In this document: one piece after another, positions 59,917 through 64,000 of the stretch | How positions within the stretch are numbered: the stretch's first letter is position 1 | Layout of the letters: every line of letters starts with the position of its first letter | NCBI GenBank assembly: GCA_963789265.1 | Contig: CAWBKB010000001.1 | Location: 864,001 to 928,000, forward strand | Direction of reading: 5' to 3' | DNA from: an uncultured delta proteobacterium | GTDB taxonomy: Bacteria; Desulfobacterota; Desulfomonilia; Desulfomonilales; Desulfomonilaceae | DNA length: 64,000 nt | Translations under genes and position numbers: made by a program | The notes under the pieces: model-generated | The model's input: only the letters and a program-made list of their open reading frames with translations | Told to the model about the DNA's origin: nothing | Database searches by the model: none

Positions 59917-60087
59917 TTAGACTGCCGGAAGGGGAAATTCCTCCAGATACAACTCCGTCGCTTCTTTCAAGTTTTCTACAGCCTCGTCCAAGGTATATCC
60001 CTGGCTCACAGTGCCTACTTCAGGGCACTCCGCGACAAACAAGTCATCTTCTTTGTGAAGAACTGCGGTAAGTGTTCGCTCAGACAT
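59917..60087 (-). CDS. HicB-family antitoxin (short; no HicA seen)
   Basis: FVAECPEVGTVSQGYTLDEAVENLKEATELYLE; AGGAG RBS. Confidence 0.8.
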   Translation of the reverse strand: MSERTLTAVLHKEDDLFVAECPEVGTVSQGYTLDEAVENLKEATELYLEEFPLPAV

Positions 60088-60282
60088 GGCATTCACTCCT
60101 GCACTTATCATAGTCTTAGCCGGGCTCAGTTTCAATCTTTGAGGAGCGAAATTCAGTCAAGACCATGCGAATCCCGCTTTTCGGGGCACGGTTCACGTTG
60201 TGACGATATCCACTGACTTGATCTCAGAATCCAAACCGCTTATCTTCTTATCGTAGCGCAGATCAAAGAGGGGATTAGGCCC

Positions 60283-60534
60283 GTGACCTGGCAGCAACGA
60301 ATCATCATTGACCCCGCAATTCTTGTCGGGAAGCCGGTGGTAAAGGGAACACCCCTTGCCGTGAAGTCTATTGTCGAGCTTTTCGCCGAGGGCTGGTCGG
60401 AGCAAGACATTTTGGACAACTACCCGGGTTTGACCGGAGAGGACATAAAGGCCTGCTTGAGCTATGATAGGGATTGCGGCAGCCAGAGAGAGTCCATTGG
60501 CGGTAGTTACGGCTATGGAGGTTCGGCATGCTGA
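60283..60534 (+). CDS. DUF433 family protein (putative antitoxin), atypical C-terminus
   Basis: RIIIDPAILVGKPVVKGT...GWSEQDILDNYPGLT.EDIKACL. Confidence 0.75.
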   Translation: MTWQQRIIIDPAILVGKPVVKGTPLAVKSIVELFAEGWSEQDILDNYPGLTGEDIKACLSYDRDCGSQRESIGGSYGYGGSAC

Positions 60535-60773
60535 AGAGCTACGAAGCAGTTTACGAAGACGGCAAATTGCGATGGATTCGGGAGCAGCCGGCCTCCAAGA
60601 AAATGAGAGTTATAGTGACGGTTCTAGAGGAAGAAAATGATCTAGAAGCCGCTACAGCCCGAAAAACTTTGTTTGAACGTACCAGAGGGTGCGTCAGCCC
60701 CGGAAAATCCATTGAAGAAATTGATGCCGACATCCGGAAAATGCGGGCCGAATGGGAAAGGGAATGGGATTAA
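60528..60773 (+). CDS. Putative antitoxin (DUF104/AF2212-like N-terminus)
   Basis: YEAVYEDGKL motif, acidic MRAEWEREWD tail; TAATG overlap with the PIN gene. Confidence 0.7.
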   Translation: MLKSYEAVYEDGKLRWIREQPASKKMRVIVTVLEEENDLEAATARKTLFERTRGCVSPGKSIEEIDADIRKMRAEWEREWD

Positions 60774-61165
60774 TGAACCGGGGATGCGTGTTTGACTCAA
60801 ACATCCTCATTTATCACGTTAACGGCAATCTTGACGCGACAGCCGAACGAGTCGTTTTCGATTTGCTTGAACGACCGGTCTATATCTCAGTGATTTCGAA
60901 GATTGAGGTACTTGGATGGCGCGGACATTCCGATGAGTCAAGTAATATAACTGAGGGCCTGTTGAGAGCCCTGATTGAGATAGGATTGGACGAACCCAAA
61001 GTGCAATCCACCATCAATCTTAGACGCCATTACCCAGTGAAACTGCCGGACGCCATTATTGCCGCGTCGGCCATGTGTCTCGGTCTTCCGCTTGTAACTC
61101 GGAACGTCGAGGATTTTGGAAAAGTGGATGGGCTGGATTTGATTAACCCTTTTAAAGGCGGGTGA
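60773..61165 (+). CDS. vapC: VapC-like PIN-domain toxin
   Basis: VFDSNILI, ISKIEVL, KLPDAIIAASA, LVTRNVEDF. Confidence 0.9.
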   Translation: MNRGCVFDSNILIYHVNGNLDATAERVVFDLLERPVYISVISKIEVLGWRGHSDESSNITEGLLRALIEIGLDEPKVQSTINLRRHYPVKLPDAIIAASAMCLGLPLVTRNVEDFGKVDGLDLINPFKGG

Positions 61166-61191
61166 ATGTGAGGCCGGACGTCACGATCAGG

Positions 61192-61401
61192 CTAATTGGG
61201 TCTGCCTGCAAACACGAGACAAGCTTCAATATCTTTCGGCTCAAGCCAGTCATACCCTTCAAGAATGTCTTCAGGAGTGTCCCCGGCATCAAGCATTTCA
61301 AGGACGTGCTCCACGGCCAACCGATGTCCTCTTATGATGGGCTTACCACCGAAGATTTCGGGATTCCTTGTGATGCGCTCCAAAAGGTGGTCTTTGTCCA
61401 T
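61192..61401 (-). CDS. DUF433 family protein (putative antitoxin)
   Basis: RITRNPEIFGGKPIIRGHRLAV...GDTPEDIL..Y..LE..DIEACL. Confidence 0.85.
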   Translation of the reverse strand: MDKDHLLERITRNPEIFGGKPIIRGHRLAVEHVLEMLDAGDTPEDILEGYDWLEPKDIEACLVFAGRPN

Positions 61402-61501
61402 GTGGGCCTCCCGGAATTAATAGACCTGATTCCCTAATGCATGCAAGATAATTGTTCTGATCTCTGTTTGCGGCAGACAGTTCCCTGTCGAGGGTCTTTC
61501 T

Positions 61502-61795
61502 TCATAGAGGCTTGGCCTCCTTCAGAATGCGCCTTCGCAGAAGCCAGTAAATCCCTTTCTCGCTGACTACGTCGACTTTGCGCCCGAGCAGATCTCGCAA
61601 GTCCAATAGAAGCTCTCCAACATCGAACAAACTCCTGTCGGGCTCCATGTCAACCAGGAAGTCTATGTCACTCGTTTCATCGGCTTCCCCGCGTGCGACC
61701 GACCCGAAGACCCTGACATTCCGAGCCCCGTGGTTCGCGGCTATGCGTAAGATCTCTTCACGCTTTTCTTTTAGAAGCTCATCAACGCTCAACAC
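61502..61795 (-). CDS. Minimal nucleotidyltransferase (MNT) antitoxin
   Basis: VRVFGSVARGE...SDIDFLV...LGRKVDVV. Confidence 0.9.
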   Translation of the reverse strand: MLSVDELLKEKREEILRIAANHGARNVRVFGSVARGEADETSDIDFLVDMEPDRSLFDVGELLLDLRDLLGRKVDVVSEKGIYWLLRRRILKEAKPL

Positions 61796-61998
61796 GATTT
61801 CCTCAATTCCTGATTCGGAATCAAACGGACCCGTCAACCATGACACATTGTAAGCAATGTTAGATTTTATCGAGTAGGTCAAGCACAAAAGTAATTAATT
61901 AGTATGCATACAGTTACAGCCAGAATTCGCGGGCGGCTTCGTGGGGTGGGCTTTCTAGCCCGCCATTGAACAGGGATTTCCCCGGCAAGCTGGAAGAA

Positions 61999-62198
61999 AC
62001 TGTCTCAAAACTATTGTGGTGTCCAACATCGTGCCACGATGTCAGCCCGGCGCTAAAGCACCGGTCTACTTTCTATCGCCCCGATGGGGCTTAAATGCAA
62101 GCGTTCCGGAGGGACCGCAGATAGTAGCCCGGTAATTCATTGCCGGGAAAAGGGAGCATCGTGCTACGAATTTCGTTCATGCTATGGTTTTGAGACAC
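61999..62198. mobile_element. MITE-like element with TIRs, carrying half of the family B repeat
   Basis: ACTGTCTCAAAAC...GTTTTGAGACACT (one mismatch); internal CTACTTTCTATCGCCCC...GTAGCCCGG...GGAGCATCGTGCTACGAATTTCG is shared with 48958-49080. Confidence 0.65.
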
Positions 62199-62339
62199 TT
62201 TCGGAAAGCCTGCCCCACAAGACTGAATGGTAACATTAATTAGCTCGCGTGGGACGGAGCGAACAAAGCAAACACCCTCTGTCAGGATGGGAAATGCCAA
62301 TACCGGTTTCGAAGGTGATTCCCTTTGATTACCGCACAA

Positions 62340-63638
62340 TCAGCCCGGAATCGGGAAAACAAACTGTGACGTGGTTTTAATTTCCGGGTGCTGCTTGTTA
62401 TAGCAGATACCAAGCTCCCAGGGCCATTTTCTGCCTGGAGCCCACTGGCCGGCGACCAGCGGAGTCTCGCTACAGTGGTCTTTCCGGAATTTGATAGGCC
62501 CAACCAAGGTAGCCAGATTCGTTTCAGCGAGGGCTTCTCGTATTTTGCTCTTATCCAAGGTTTGGGCACGCTTCAGAGCATCGAGAGCGATCTCTAATGA
62601 CGCGTAGGTAAACCCCAGGGGCATCGTCCATTGTTTTCCCGTTTCCTTAGCCCAGGCTTCGCCCAACTCCATCGACGTTTCTCCTGTGATAGACGATCTG
62701 TAGGGATGGTATGGACTCCACCACAACTCCGAAATCAGGCCCTCAGGCAAATTGCCGGGCAGGGCATTCAGTGCTCCCGGGAATTCCGTGGCCTTGGATA
62801 CCGCTACCATCTTAGGCAAAAGCCCGTCCTGCCTCGCCTGACGCCAAAAGTTCGCCCAATCGGGAGGAATAGGCACACCGCCTATTATTTCAACCTTTTC
62901 TCGTTTGAAGAGGCTGATCATGTCAGTAAAGTCGGGAGTCCAATAGCTGAATCTTCCGGGGTCCACAACCTTGTACCCTCTGCCGGTAAGCTTCTTACCG
63001 AACACTTCCGCCCACGCTTTGCCGTCGGGATCGTTGGGCCACAATGCGCCAAAGACCTTGCTCGTCTTGTCCGCATACTCATCCCACATCCCGATAAAGA
63101 GATCGCTCAGAGAGTCCACTGACCAAAACGCATGGTAACACCACTCGTAAGGTCCTCCAGAAAGCCACGATTCGAGTGGAACATCCGCGGACACGCATGG
63201 AACGTGATATTTGTCGCAGACTTTGCTGACCGGGTTCACAGTATCCGGAGTGTGCAGGACGACCATTAGGTCGATCTTGTCTTTGAGAATGAGATCTGTT
63301 GCAACCTTAGCGGCCCTCTCGGGATCGCTCTGGGTGTCAACCAGCTTAACCTGCACCGGGAGCGATTTGTTCAATTCCTTGATGAAAATGCCCCCCTTTT
63401 TGTTCACCACAGAGATCGCGCGTTCATCGGCCCACGGCGAAACCGCGCCGAATTCGGAAATCATGCCGGTGGATGGGTTGGGGTGGCCGATGAGAATGTG
63501 GCCGCGGGCTTCGGCAGCCGCCGGCCTCACGTCCAGGAACGTCCCTGCCGCCCCCAGCACAAGGCCGGCTGCGCCGGCCTTCTTCAGAAACTCTCGTCGT
63601 GTGATTCTCTTATCCGCTTTCTTGATCTCCATAGTCAT
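62340..63638 (-). CDS. Tat-exported ABC transporter substrate-binding protein (branched-chain amino acid/LivJ-like fold)
   Basis: TRREFLKK twin-arginine signal; DTQSDP.RA, TPDTVNPV, WPNDPDG, TLVGPIKF. Confidence 0.9.
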   Translation of the reverse strand: MTMEIKKADKRITRREFLKKAGAAGLVLGAAGTFLDVRPAAAEARGHILIGHPNPSTGMISEFGAVSPWADERAISVVNKKGGIFIKELNKSLPVQVKLVDTQSDPERAAKVATDLILKDKIDLMVVLHTPDTVNPVSKVCDKYHVPCVSADVPLESWLSGGPYEWCYHAFWSVDSLSDLFIGMWDEYADKTSKVFGALWPNDPDGKAWAEVFGKKLTGRGYKVVDPGRFSYWTPDFTDMISLFKREKVEIIGGVPIPPDWANFWRQARQDGLLPKMVAVSKATEFPGALNALPGNLPEGLISELWWSPYHPYRSSITGETSMELGEAWAKETGKQWTMPLGFTYASLEIALDALKRAQTLDKSKIREALAETNLATLVGPIKFRKDHCSETPLVAGQWAPGRKWPWELGICYNKQHPEIKTTSQFVFPIPG

Positions 63639-64000
63639 TTTAAAACCTCTCCCAGAAGGCTTTCCGTGTGGGATCTTCAGAGACCGACGTCTCGTTTTTT
63701 ACGGTCTTCAGTTGTGTACCGTGCCAGGAAGGCTTGGTGCTACTTCATGTGCCGACCCTTTCCACGCGAAGATCAGGGACCTGTTTGATATGTTCACAGT
63801 CCTCTGTTTGGTCGGCGCAGCGATACCTGCTGGGTCTCAGCCCCATATCCAGATCAACCGGTAACGAGTCATGCTCTTCTCCCGCACTGAGGTCTATGCT
63901 TGACCAAAGCGCTGTATGAGAGTTCTACAGGTCCGCAAGCTGCTCGATTACAGCGCACAACTTCTCCTTACTTCTTACCGATGTTGTAGGTTTTGGAGCT

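Noticed and set aside
63640..64000. Possible stop read-through ORF upstream of the ABC binding protein gene
   Set aside because: No recognisable protein on either side of the stops; probably intergenic DNA plus the last codons (APKTYNIGKK*) of a gene outside the window

Overview
A ~55% GC bacterial chromosomal segment. Gene content (PxxKW protein, ETF plus HdrF-like Fe-S module, neelaredoxin, a Sec-type UGA, GlnE, many palindromic intergenic repeats) points to an anaerobic Deltaproteobacterium, possibly Desulfomonile-like; this is inference. Core genes are xerC-hslV-hslU, a class V aminotransferase/cysteine desulfurase, larB, purine salvage genes with purM, glnE and clpB. Metabolic genes include three acyl-CoA ligases, an acyl-CoA dehydrogenase/EtfAB/Fe-S oxidoreductase cluster, a three-subunit xanthine-dehydrogenase-family enzyme and a Tat-exported ABC binding protein. 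Accessory content includes a two-gene type II-like restriction-modification locus and a TIR-domain gene next to a cluster of mostly orphan toxin-antitoxin genes. The most interesting region (36.7-44.4 kb) is a candidate protein O-glycosylation locus: a MTase-GT2 fusion, a MTase, a TMTC-like GT-C/TPR membrane protein and an exported protein with about 60 Thr-X-X triplets. Features missed by the ORF track are a UxxC peroxiredoxin-like selenoprotein with a SECIS-like hairpin, three genes split by +1 frameshifts, two promoter-to-terminator sRNA candidates, and several MITE/REP-like repeat families. No rRNA, tRNA, CRISPR array or transposase was seen. All calls come from motif reading only; no searches were run.
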